DNA from: Saccostrea cucullata | Lineage: Eukaryota | Assembly: GCF_032062105.1 (NCBI RefSeq) | Contig: NW_026933842.1 | Coordinates: 434,001-498,000, forward strand | DNA length: 64,000 nt | Reading direction: 5' to 3' | Shown: positions 37,201 through 48,297 of the stretch, one piece after another | How positions within the stretch are numbered: the first letter of the stretch is position 1 | Layout of the letters: every line of letters begins with the position of its first letter | Notes under the pieces: model-generated | The model's database searches: none | Told to the model about the DNA's origin: nothing | What the model saw: only the letters and a program-made list of their open reading frames with translations | Translations under genes and position numbers: made by a program

Positions 37201-40172
37201 GCTGAAAAACATATCTTTTCACTACCCCTTTTTTAAAGAGGCATGGACGTCACCAACATTTTTTCCAACTTATTTGAATGGAACAGAGATTTCGATTGCT
37301 GGTTTAATAGTTCAGCACGCAGCTAACTCAAGTATTACCCCGGATGTAGACTTCGTGGCAAATGAGGTTGAAACTGACAACATGACTAAAAGTCAGACGT
37401 ATATCGTTTTGAAATCCGACGGAGAAATTTGTCTACCCGAACACGTTTGTCTGTCCTCCGATTTTCGAGAATTTGTGGAGAACACGTGGATCCACAAGAA
37501 AATTCTTGAAATGATGGATGAAATTAATGAGGGAAAATTAGATTCAGATGCAGTCAAACTTCTTATGAACAAAATTTTATTCATGTCTTTAAAGGTACAT
37601 GCATATTTTATTATGTACGTTACCCCGGTATATATTTTTGGGGAACTGAGTTGAATAACTTTAAGATAATTTTAATCTGCTTTAAGGTACATAAACTCTC
37701 TGCTCACTCATATAAAATATTGTTTAAACCTTAATGATAATCCAAAAGAAATGTATTTTATAAGTAAAATACAAACAATTATAGCATAACTTGCGGGGCA
37801 AAATTGGACAAAAAAGACACTTCAACTTGACAATTTTGTAACGGAATAATAGACATGTCACTAAGAGTTATTTCTGTTATCAGAGTATCAATGAACCTTA
37901 TTACATCATGTTACATGTATTCAACAACTAAACGTTTTTCAGCCACTATCACAAGATGATTCTCATCTATTCAGTTCACTGAAAGGTTACTGAAAGTTTA
38001 CTGAATTAGATGAATGAATTCAGTGACCTCTGCAGACCTTTCAGTGACCATTCAGTTGACTGAGTTTCATCCTGTGTTCATCCATTGTTTTACAGTATGG
38101 TCTGGTTACGCCGTTCTCAGACGTACAGCTTTCTGGTACAGGAGACACCTTGCTTCAGTTCAATCACCAAACTGCAGAGGGTGGATATGAGCCTTTCTTT
38201 TAAAACTTATTTTACTTTTAAAATGGTTTCATTTTTAAAAATAAATTTCCTAACAATGATTGATAAAGAAATAGTTCTTTTCCGAATAAATGGTCTTCAT
38301 TTCAAATCTAATACATATACACAAAAGTGATTTATGGTTTTTAAAGAAAAATTAAAACAGATTTCTTATTTTTGTGTAGGATTATGTTTTCAACGTTAAT
38401 GGGATATAGGCTACTAAGAGTGTTTGCTCTTATTTTATAAGTAAATGGTATCCTTAATAACCATTTTCTGTTTGGTACAGACGTACTTGAAATGTACCTA
38501 TCCGACGATATTGCTAAGCAAAAAGATGCGACGAATATACAAGGTAAAATTATACATGTAATTATCATAAATTAATAATTACGTCTGAAATATGCCTTTA
38601 ATTATAAATCAAATATCTTCAAAGGATAAAAGGGGTGATAACAAATTCAGAACGATCAAAGTGTTTAATGAATTGTTTATTTTTATTAGCGGGAGGCGAT
38701 CCACATTTCTTGCTGAGTATTCCAGGAACAGAATTCCCTTTTTGTTTTGATCTAGATAAAGTTGCAGGGAAATTCGTTCAATTACTGTCAAGCACAGGTA
38801 ATTATGCTAAGTTTTATGATGTAATAAAAATACATCAATTGATAAACTGCTGTGCATTTTTTTCTTCTTCACGTTGTATTATGGTATCTTGCTCCATCTA
38901 ATGAACTCCGTGAATAAAGTGTAAGACTTTATAATCCATCTACCTGTTAGATTTTCTCAATGATTGACTGAAATCTTGCTGAGAAAATCGGTATATCCTA
39001 TGCTAATAATTGGCTAATTGCAGATAACGTATCTATTTAAAAATCATAGTAAGAGACTTTGAAGTTAATCCTAATTTTAGTACAGTAGCATCAATTGTGT
39101 TATCACGTGCATATGTACTTATAGTTATCAGCTTTACCCATCACGACACGAGTCTCAGCCTGCAAGTGCTTAAAAATTAATGACCACACACATAACTGCA
39201 CTTTATTATTGTTTTTCGGTATTATTATTTTTTGGCATGAATCAAATATGAGGAATTTCATTTCGTGCCCCGATTATACACCACCCAATCAACACTATCC
39301 TAGCTTCATAGGTGGTCAATTTTCGTAACAAAAAAAAATGTCAATACAAATTTAGAAAAATTGTCTGCTTCTGTATTTTAAATTTAAATCTCTTGCAGAT
39401 TTCGTGATGAATATTGCACTTATCGCGAGCGCTCAACTCGACAGACACAGACACAATAAAACCTATATTGGAGAATTATATATAGCGTCTGGTGACCGTT
39501 ATCTACTGGTTACTCCTGAACAAATTCTTATAAACGGGAGACAACTCGAGTGGAACGAAGATCAAGATAAATATGGATTTTACATGAATTCTGTCTATCC
39601 AAACTGTATTAAACATAAAAATTCGTGGAATATGATTATGACAGTTTGTAGAAGGCTTCAAAGAGATGGTCATCCCATTGATTATTTGGATATTGCAATA
39701 TCTGGTTTGAAACGTATTGGGAATAAAGCAGAGGGATTTCTCGGTAATGGATTTTTTTTTCTTTTTAAAATACTTAAAATTTGACAATTAGCATGATATT
39801 TTACAAAATATTTGTTAAGGACTACATATATTTTAATTTAAAGAAAGGTTACTTGTTCCTTGTATAATTATTTCTTAAATTTTGCCAATTACTGTGTTTA
39901 TATAGAGTCCAATGATCAGTCTTTCTTTTTTAGGTCAGGCTTTTAAATGGCCAATCAAAAGGCTTGGAACCAAAGAAACAGATAAAGGAGTGATTGGTAA
40001 ATTCATGATTATCAAACCCGGAAAGAGAGACTATTTCCACGCTAAACTGCAACATCGTAAAATACCTACAGCTTCTGCATATTCAGAATGCTGGGAGATG
40101 CATCGAAATGTTCAAACTTTACTGAAAGAACCTGCAAGAAACTTTTTTAAATCCACGTTATTTGTTAAATAA
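34257..40172 (+). CDS. Inter-alpha-trypsin inhibitor heavy chain-like protein (VIT + vWA + ITI C-terminal domain); 5'-most exon not resolved
   Basis: Exons 34257-34414, 35007-35093, 35194-35423, 35762-35907, 36131-36413, 36885-37594, 38096-38180, 38481-38543, 38690-38797, 39399-39743, 39934-40172 join in frame. VIT start (IKVHTEVKLRFAKSLVT), GDYFVHFFAP, MIDAS DKSGS..GGT..LTDG, YGLVTP and the GDPHF cleavage motif are present. Confidence 0.88.
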
Positions 40173-40803
40173 AAATTATTTATATACATATTGGTAAAAG
40201 TATGAATAATAATTGTATATACGTCTTTCAAAGTCACAATAAATATATTTTTTTCATTGTCTTTCACTTGGAGAGAGAGAGGTGTTCAAGTGTTCAATGC
40301 ATAACTTCTAATTTGAACATGTACTCAGTGTATAATTGTAATGTAATTGACAATTTAAGTAACTGAAAATACATGTACATGTACATGATTTTTTGAAATG
40401 TACATGCATTTGAATAGTTACATTCAAATTACTTGTCAACGAAAGTATACTTGATTAAAAATTACTTTCAAAAATGTAATTAATTACACTCACAATTACT
40501 TTTTTCAATCGGTATACCCCTTCGCTGTAGTAAGTTAATTTTTTAAATGCATTAGAATACTGATTCGACACAGAATCCTAATTCCAATTTTAGTTCCCCT
40601 ACGTACTTCCATATTACACTACAACTAGCTGTAGTACATAAGAATAGATAAAGATTATGAAAAGGTCAAAATGTTACGACAAATTTATGGACTACCATGG
40701 TTAATTGTTCTTATAAAAGGTTTTATCTTTTATTTATTCCTGACATGGACAGGAACTTACCATCTGACAATGTAATTTCAAAAAAATTATTTCTGCTTCA
40801 CAG

Positions 40804-42513
40804 TGTGTGTAACTCAGGACTTTTGCCCCGAGGGATTTTTCCAATATGGACCGTCGTGCTATTTCTTTTCCTCTCATTTAGCCGCAGACTGGATTGAGGC
40901 GGGGGTAATATAACGATAACTTAACAATTCATATACATCTGTATATTCAGTATAATTACAAAGGATGCATCATGTTAATTAAGTAATAATTAAGTATGTG
41001 ATGGTATCATACTATATAGAAAGTACAAGAAATTGAGGAAGTGTTAAAAATTTGAATAAATATGAAATTCAATGTGTTTTGAAAATCAAAATATTGTATT
41101 TTAGTCCTTCTGCAAAAGATTTCAGGGAGGGGATCTTGTTGCTATCGAAACTCAATCTGAAAACAATTTCATATATCAGGAGCTACTTATGATGCATGAA
41201 AACAGTAGGTATTTGGAAGTTAGGTTTATATAAAAACTTAATAATTTATTCAACTCTGGACTCGTTTATCCGACAAAATGATATCGATTCTTTGATTCTA
41301 CACAATGTCATATATCTTGTTTGACTTTCATGCCCAGTTTAATAAATGTAGCCGTTGGAAATGCTCAATTAAAAAATAAATGAGCCAAATATATATTATA
41401 ATACTGTACATGCATTTTAAAATTATTTTCCGCGAAATCATGTACATATCCTGAATACCAATCACCAAAAATCCGTGGAGAAAATTTCATGATAACCTCT
41501 TAGAGACCCATTTAGAGGACTTCTGGATTGGAGGAACGGATGAGTTTGTGGAAGGCCATTGGATATGGATACCGACGATGGAGAAAGTGGGATTCACTGA
41601 TTGGTCGCCGGGTAACCCTAGTGACAGTTCGTCCAATGAGGACTGTATGGAGATCATTGTAGGCCACACCGCTCAGTCTACCCACTGGAACGATGACGAC
41701 TGCTCTAAGAAAGCCAACTTCATTTGTGAAGTGCCGTACGTATGCTGTTATATTATTAATTCCAGTGAAGTGTACAGTTTTACGTCACAACCTTTATTTT
41801 GACAGCTACGCTCGAGGTAAATAGTACACGCCTCTTAACCGCAAGTCGTTTGATTGATAGTTTCTCCTTATTCCTCATTGGTTGCTAACACAATAGACTA
41901 TTTCTGAAAAAAAAACAAGAAACATAAAGCTTGCCGTTAAGAGGCTGGTACCACTTTACCTGGAGCGCAACTGTCAGGATATGAGGTAAATTGCAAAACG
42001 GTACATTTCAATGGATTAATAAAAAAAGGTCTCTTACTCTCTCGAGCTCGTCCTTTAGGCAAGGGAGCGTTAAGAGAACAACAGGAGAGAAATAAGTTTA
42101 AAAATAAGGGAGTGGGTAATACATCAAGCTTCCAGGGAGCAGGGTATGCAGTTGATCATTCTGTACTTTGTTTTCTTTGTTCTTTAGTATATTGCCAGAT
42201 CTTCCTTTTCCCTCCCCTTACTCAGAGCAAGGGAACAAGCCTATAGGAGTCTTTTCAATTCACAAAAATTCTTGTCCATGATCTTAATATGATTTTTAAA
42301 ATCAAATACTCCCAGTATTCTGTATCTTTAACATTTTAATCAATCCGTTTATTTATTTTCACCGAGTGTCCTGAGTTAGGGGTATGAATAATGACTTCCT
42401 ACTCAAACAAAATCCTGAAATTAATGCAAGTTGCTTAAAAATGAAACTGTATTAGGATTGGTGTAATTCTTCATTTCAGAATTGGCGAAGGAGGATCTCC
42501 GGTCATAGGTTGA
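40804..42513 (+). CDS. Perlucin-like single-domain C-type lectin; signal-peptide exon not found
   Basis: Exons 40804-40904, 41105-41204, 41504-41735, 42480-42513: CPEGFFQYGPSCYFFS..W.EAGSFCKR..LVAIETQSENNFI..FWIGGTD..EGHWIW..W.PGNPS..EDC..WNDDDC..ANFICE..PVIG*. Confidence 0.88.
41762..42014. repeat. Long imperfect inverted repeat in lectin intron 3 (likely transposon remnant)
   Basis: TGACAGCTACGCTCGAGGTAAATAGTACACGCCTCTTAACCGCAAG pairs with CTTGCCGTTAAGAGGCTGGTACCACTTTACCTGGAGCGCAACTGTCA. Confidence 0.6.
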
Positions 42514-42810
42514 TGTGAAGTTCTACACGTGTATCAGATTGATTAAATAAAGCATCAAATGACAAATAAAAAATATTAATGTTATACTGTAAATAAAGAT
42601 GTTAAATCTAACTCGTATTATAAAGTTGTTAAAAGGTATAAACAAGAAACATATTGACGCAAGCGTTGCCGCAAACAATTAATTAATTCTTTCATATAAT
42701 AAATTAGAAACTGAATTCTTATATTTATCTGTTAATTAATATATCCCTGTGACATTAAACATTTGAATGCGACATCCCAGGATTTTTTTCAGTACATAAT
42801 ACATGTACAT

Positions 42811-43095
42811 TGTATTAGGATTGGTGTAATTCTTCATTTCAGAATTAGAGAAAGTTACACATTAAATAAAACGTAACAACTATAGGAGGATAAAACCCCC
42901 AACTCCCTCTAGATCCGCCACTACATTTCTTCTTCTTTTGGTGTGAGATGTGGCATAGGTTGATGTGTAAAAAGAAAAATCTCCTATATTCTGTGATAAT
43001 AGATTGATTAATTTTGAAAATAAAGCATCAAATGACAAATAAAAAATATTAATGTTATACTGTAAATAAAGATGTTAACATCTAACCCATTATTA
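42811..43095 (+). repeat. Tandem duplicate of the lectin terminal exon and 3' UTR, disrupted by an insertion
   Basis: TGTATTAGGATTGGTGTAATTCTTCATTTCAGAATT occurs at 42448 and near 42811. The block ATAAAGCATCAAATGACAAATAAAAAATATTAATGTTATACTGTAAATAAAGATGTTAA occurs twice. Confidence 0.85.
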
Positions 43096-44101
43096 TAAAT
43101 TTGATGATTATTTGTTTTTAATTTACATTAAAATATTCTATTTGAATTATAAAACTTTTTAAATAAATGGCGGCCGGTAATTATATAAATTTAAATAAAT
43201 ACTAGTATTATTTGCGGAGTTGGAATAGAGGTGTGCGATAGGTATATGTACTAAGTCTATCTTCTGAATGCTTGCCTATTTAGAGTTAAGCATGACAATA
43301 TTGACATTTGCAAGATTTCTTCAGTATAATATACATATTTTTTTATTATATTTTTTGTCCTGAAGAGGTGGACTTTTACAATGTGAATTAATTGTATGAA
43401 TCTTTAAAATCCTTCGATAAATTTTCACTCATTTCTAGATGCCTCAACTTGGATGTTAACAGTGGATTTTTTTTTTCCTGCGAACACCTACTGCATTAGG
43501 GGTACCTCGATTTATACGGGCTCGTCATATTTTCAAGGAAATGACGTCATTCAAAGGGCACCGCTACTTTTGATCCCATATTGAAAAGGGGAATAACTTG
43601 ATTTTCTATTTTTCAAATCGGAAATAGAAAATATTTCTCTAATGTACCATTAACTTTTATTATAAAATAAACAGAATTAATTTAAAATTTATGATGGGGT
43701 AACCCTTTTTATCTTGTCAATGCATTCAACATGATCAAAGCTGATGGTTTCAATCCTTCTTTACCAGATTATACTTCAAAATGGCATACAAAAAATGTCA
43801 ATATACTGTATGTATAGTTTTGTGTACATAAATAGGCGTATTCAAAATTTAGCACAATCACCAGGCATGGACTTGTTGGCATAATCATGCATTAGCACTA
43901 CACATCTTAGTGCAGTATATTGAATATATAAATGAATTCTAAGAGGTATTCATAAATATTAGCTCATCATTTTCTGCACCGAACCTGCTAAAATATGAAG
44001 CCCGCTTTTTAAGTAAGCATACAGTATATATGTGTAATTATATTAATGCCACTGCACTATATTCATACAAAATACACATCTATCATGGAGTAAATCACAA
44101 T

Positions 44102-44914
44102 TTATTCTTTAAGTCTCCCCATTATAATTTCAAACATTTCTTTATCAAGGACCTCAGCCCATGAGTTAAACAAATATAGCTTATCTTTCCTGTTGTACAA
44201 TTCAAACTTTGCATACACAAGATTAGCATGCCTGACCTCGGACAAAGGTTTAACATGTTCTATTTTATAATAAGTGTCCTTTCTATTTCCGAAGAAAGAT
44301 AACCTGGAGACTTTGAGGGTGTCCACCACCTCCCCCACCCCACCTGCCGACAAACTTCCGATAATTCTCGGCATCACGTAGAGAACAGCTGGCATGAAAA
44401 GTACATTGGCAGCAACAAAGCCCGTCATAAGAATTGAGGGTGAAGGAACAGTGTATATGTGATAGATACAACTAGGGAGCAGAGTTGCACACACCAGCAG
44501 TTGGAATCTTTGTACCAGTCTTATGATATTTATTGGTGGGAAGAAGTAGAAACATTTGAACTCTGGTTTAGGACGTCCCACTGTTTTCTCCTGTTTATCA
44601 GTAGAAACCAGATTTCCTTTACCAGCTGAATTACCATGTTGATGAGATGCACGTTCTTCATTATCATGCACTTCTTGCTTGTTAGAAGTTAACATGACAT
44701 TTGTTGTGAAAGATCTTCTTGGACTCTCAGTGGACACAGAAAGAGTCCTTGGAATGTTTTGAGAATACATTCTTTGGTTACATTTCTGTTTGAAAAGTTC
44801 ACTTTGGGTATCTTTTACAGCTGCATTTTGGTGAATGTTTCTAATAAGTCTATTTATGACACTCCATGAAGAAATTACACTTCTTTTCCCAACATAAAGT
44901 TCCCTTAACAACAT
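44102..44914 (-). CDS. TMEM186: Transmembrane protein 186-like (mitochondrial, complex I assembly), 270 aa, single coding exon
   Basis: R/S-rich presequence-like N-terminus (MLLRELYVGKRSVISSWSVINRLIRNIH), FKCFYFFPPI, two hydrophobic segments, TLKVSRLSFFGNRKDTYYKIEHVKPL. Splice acceptor (ATTTCAG) precedes 44964. Confidence 0.8.
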   Translation of the reverse strand: MLLRELYVGKRSVISSWSVINRLIRNIHQNAAVKDTQSELFKQKCNQRMYSQNIPRTLSVSTESPRRSFTTNVMLTSNKQEVHDNEERASHQHGNSAGKGNLVSTDKQEKTVGRPKPEFKCFYFFPPINIIRLVQRFQLLVCATLLPSCIYHIYTVPSPSILMTGFVAANVLFMPAVLYVMPRIIGSLSAGGVGEVVDTLKVSRLSFFGNRKDTYYKIEHVKPLSEVRHANLVYAKFELYNRKDKLYLFNSWAEVLDKEMFEIIMGRLKE

Positions 44915-45195
44915 ATTTACACCACCAAGAGAAACACAGGAAATCAGAATATATGCTTTTCTTTCTGAAATGAAAATAAAAATATTTTTACAAAGGTGAT
45001 GGTGCAATATGAAATGGAATATTTTATCTCTGATGACACTTTATACATGTGAAGTTCACTTTAATTTATTTATTTATTTTTTTTTTGGAAAATTACAAGC
45101 ATACAGAACAGACGATCGGTAAAGACCTTAGGTGTAACAGGATTCTGAAAACATTAAAAACTTATTTTTTCCGAATTTAATATTGACAACCTACC

Positions 45196-47430
45196 TCAGG
45201 ATTCTTTCTGTTCACTTAAGCCAAATAAATTGTCAAGGAATTCCCCAAACTTCTTGGGTTGGCCAGGTGGAAAGGGTTTTAATACAGAAAAATCTGCAGA
45301 GGAAAGTGTCTCCACTAAGGTGCTAAAAAAACCAGATCAAATGTACATTCTAGGAAAAACAGAAAGAAAATTCAATAGAGCACACAATTTTTTTTTCTCC
45401 ACCAATGACATATACAGAAAATACTTTTGTATCAGAGAAGAAAATTATATCAGAGAAGAAAAATTTGAAAATTATTTAGAAACAGGTATACATCCAACAC
45501 AATCCAAATGTACAACAGTGACCTGTTTACCCATAACGCTGTCTCTCAGTATTTGTTATTAGATTTGTTGAGATTTGGCATTTGCCAGTAAATTTTTTTC
45601 AATTTTACAGAAAAATTTGATTACAAAAAAACTTAATTTAACAACAAGGTATTTGTCATTCCATAATACCACAGCGTTTTGGCAACCTGACATCGATTAT
45701 GTGTTTGAAAATTTAGCGACAAAAAGGTATATTCAATCTGTTTAACACAAGCCAAATGTACAGAACTTGAGGTCATTCTCCTGTTTCATAAATTCAAGCT
45801 TAAAATCCCCACTAAGAAATTTAGAATGTAGAAAAATATTGAGTATATATGTCAAAATTTTTCAACCCTGAACAGCATAGATTGTAAATATTCAAGGAAT
45901 TTGAAGATAATCTGTATTTGATGTTATAATCTCTAGAGGTTAAGCAATGGATACCCACCTTGTTGTGCAGTAATACAAATGTTTGTCTTTGTTGAGTTGA
46001 TAAGCAAGCTCTAGTTGATGGTTATTCATCAAATCATCATTGATCACTACAAGAAGGGGTTTATTTGCTGCCAGAGTTTCTAAGCAACTTCCAGCTCCTG
46101 TTCATCATTCAAAGAAAAGTCATAATATATAAATTATTTCCCAAGTTTTATATATCTGATAATTGTCAAATAATTTTTAACATATGGGTATGCAGATGTG
46201 TTAACAGTTTAAATGTCACTGGTTTGACAGAGAAAGTTTTAATTACATGTAACAAATTGTTGCAAATCAGTCTAGACAATGTATTAAATGTCATTAATTT
46301 ATTTACCTAAAACTGATATGCATCTACAAACATTGTATGTGTACATGATGTACATTCAGATACTACATAAAATCAAACTTTAAAGAGCTCAAAATCAAAA
46401 TCATTTAAAGCTAATAAAAAATTTTCCATCGCGAATATGAACAACATAAGTTTATAAATGATTTATTTTTCTGTCATGATATTAGTTAATCACAAATTTG
46501 CAATAAAATTTTCCGATGTCAAACATGCAGCTCATATTGCTTTAACTAATTATACCTATCCTGTATACATGATATAAACAGTCACTACTTACCAGCATGA
46601 CTGATGACTAAGTCTGCCTGATTGATGTCTTCAGTGATATTGGGCTTTAGCTTAAAAATCTCGACTTCTATACCTGGTACTCTGTCTATGGTAGGCTCCT
46701 TACCGCGGCCTATTTGAACTGTGACTTTTCTGTAACCCAAGTTCAGGAGAGTCTGAAAAATTTAAAGAATTTTGCTTAATGTTTCCTTTTCTACTGAGTG
46801 GATCTTCTTTTAAACAAACAAAAGTATGTCATTTAGTTTTACATGTGTACAATGGCAATTTATAGTCTCCTACAATAGCCAAAGGCACTCCCCATCTTAA
46901 TTGTTAAAAAAATATATCTACTATACTATAAACACACTCCCCATCTTAATTGTTAAAAAAATATATATCTAGTATACTATAAACAAAACAGTAAAGTAGA
47001 TATATATTTTTTTAACAATTAAGATGGGGAGTGCCTATGACAATAGCCTAACAAAATATCTGCTTTTCTAACACTACCTTGTTTATATCTTAAACTTTTA
47101 TCCTTCAAAATTGCCAACAATGAAAAAATTCAGTAACAGAACCAAGTAAGGCATGTGTTGTTGTTTTTTTTTTTATTTAAGAGCGTTTTAATGAAACTAA
47201 ACCGTTTTAAGGCAATCATAATGGTAAAATTACACAATCAGATAACTGAGGAAATTCGAGATGACATAAAACATTTGGACACAGACAAAATTGCTATTAA
47301 TCAATATGAAATTTATTGTGCTTACAGAAAGAACGGTTGAACTACAAACAGCGTTGGTCAGTTTTTCAAACTCTGTTGTGCCTACGGTGATAAATACTGA
47401 TCTCCCTCCCGGTTTTCGCTCTCTCGACAT
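45196..47430 (-). CDS. ALG13: UDP-N-acetylglucosamine transferase subunit ALG13 (short form, 176 aa)
   Basis: Exons 47430-47326, 46752-46593, 46097-45959, 45322-45196 (531 nt). Motifs [54 protein letters not shown]. Confidence 0.95.
46880..47039. mobile_element. Foldback MITE with an 8-bp TSD and a duplicated left arm, in ALG13 intron 1
   Basis: ACAATAGC|CAAAGGCACTCCCCATCTTAATTG...CAATTAAGATGGGGAGTGCCTATG|ACAATAGC. CACTCCCCATCTTAATTGTTAAAAAAATATAT is repeated in tandem. Confidence 0.8.
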
Positions 47431-48297
47431 TCTCCCGAAAAGGGCAACGTCGGAACAAGACAAGTCATACATAAACTTATTCGTGAAATGGATGGAAGAC
47501 ATGGAAAACGCGCCCACAATAAAAATCATAAATAAATCATCAAGTTTTAATGGTGAACTTGAACAGAAATAACCTTGTTATGTCTGTCTACAGAATTTTT
47601 TTCTGGTAGTGACTGGTCGAAGGAGGGGGATATCAGACTGGGTTTTTTTTTTTCAGAGTAAAAACATCTTGTTATGGACACTCCCTACTACAGCACTAAT
47701 ATGCTTATAAATATACATGTACTAAACAGGGAGCTCATTTGAGATTTGTTGTGTTTATTCTAGAACAAATTATTATACCCTCTCAATCAACAGTTGGATA
47801 TTGAATTTAGCAACATGCTACTAATTGCACATTGGTTGTGAAGAAAACACAAAATTTAATGCCATGAAAAAACTCAATATCATATTCAAAATTATATTGC
47901 TTTTTCACTTAAAATCATATTCCATGTGGGATAAATCTTATTATGATCATACCCCTTCTTCACACTACATCTCCCACAAAAAAATGAAAGAGACAGAGGA
48001 GGGAGAGAGAGACCTAAGAGGAGGAGACACCTCTAGAGTAGCAAACTATGTGACCAGATCAAAGGCTTGATATTTATCATATTGATTGAATTTTTCAAAT
48101 TAAAGTTCTGATAAGTAATATTCCAGTGTAGCATTCCTCCTAAATATCTTTAATACAATAATTGAACTGTTAATCTTAAAAGTATATTTGTCTTTGAAGA
48201 GATCTGTTGAAATGAGATAAAAACTGGGCTTAACAAAACACCATAACAATATAACATTTTTTATTATATCTTGTATATACAGTAACATAAACGAATT

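Noticed and set aside
45196-45198. Selenocysteine or canonical readthrough at the ALG13 TGA
   Set aside because: The TGA is at the normal ALG13 C-terminus, its context is TGA-G rather than TGA-CTAG, and I could not identify a SECIS downstream. Kept only as a testable alternative.
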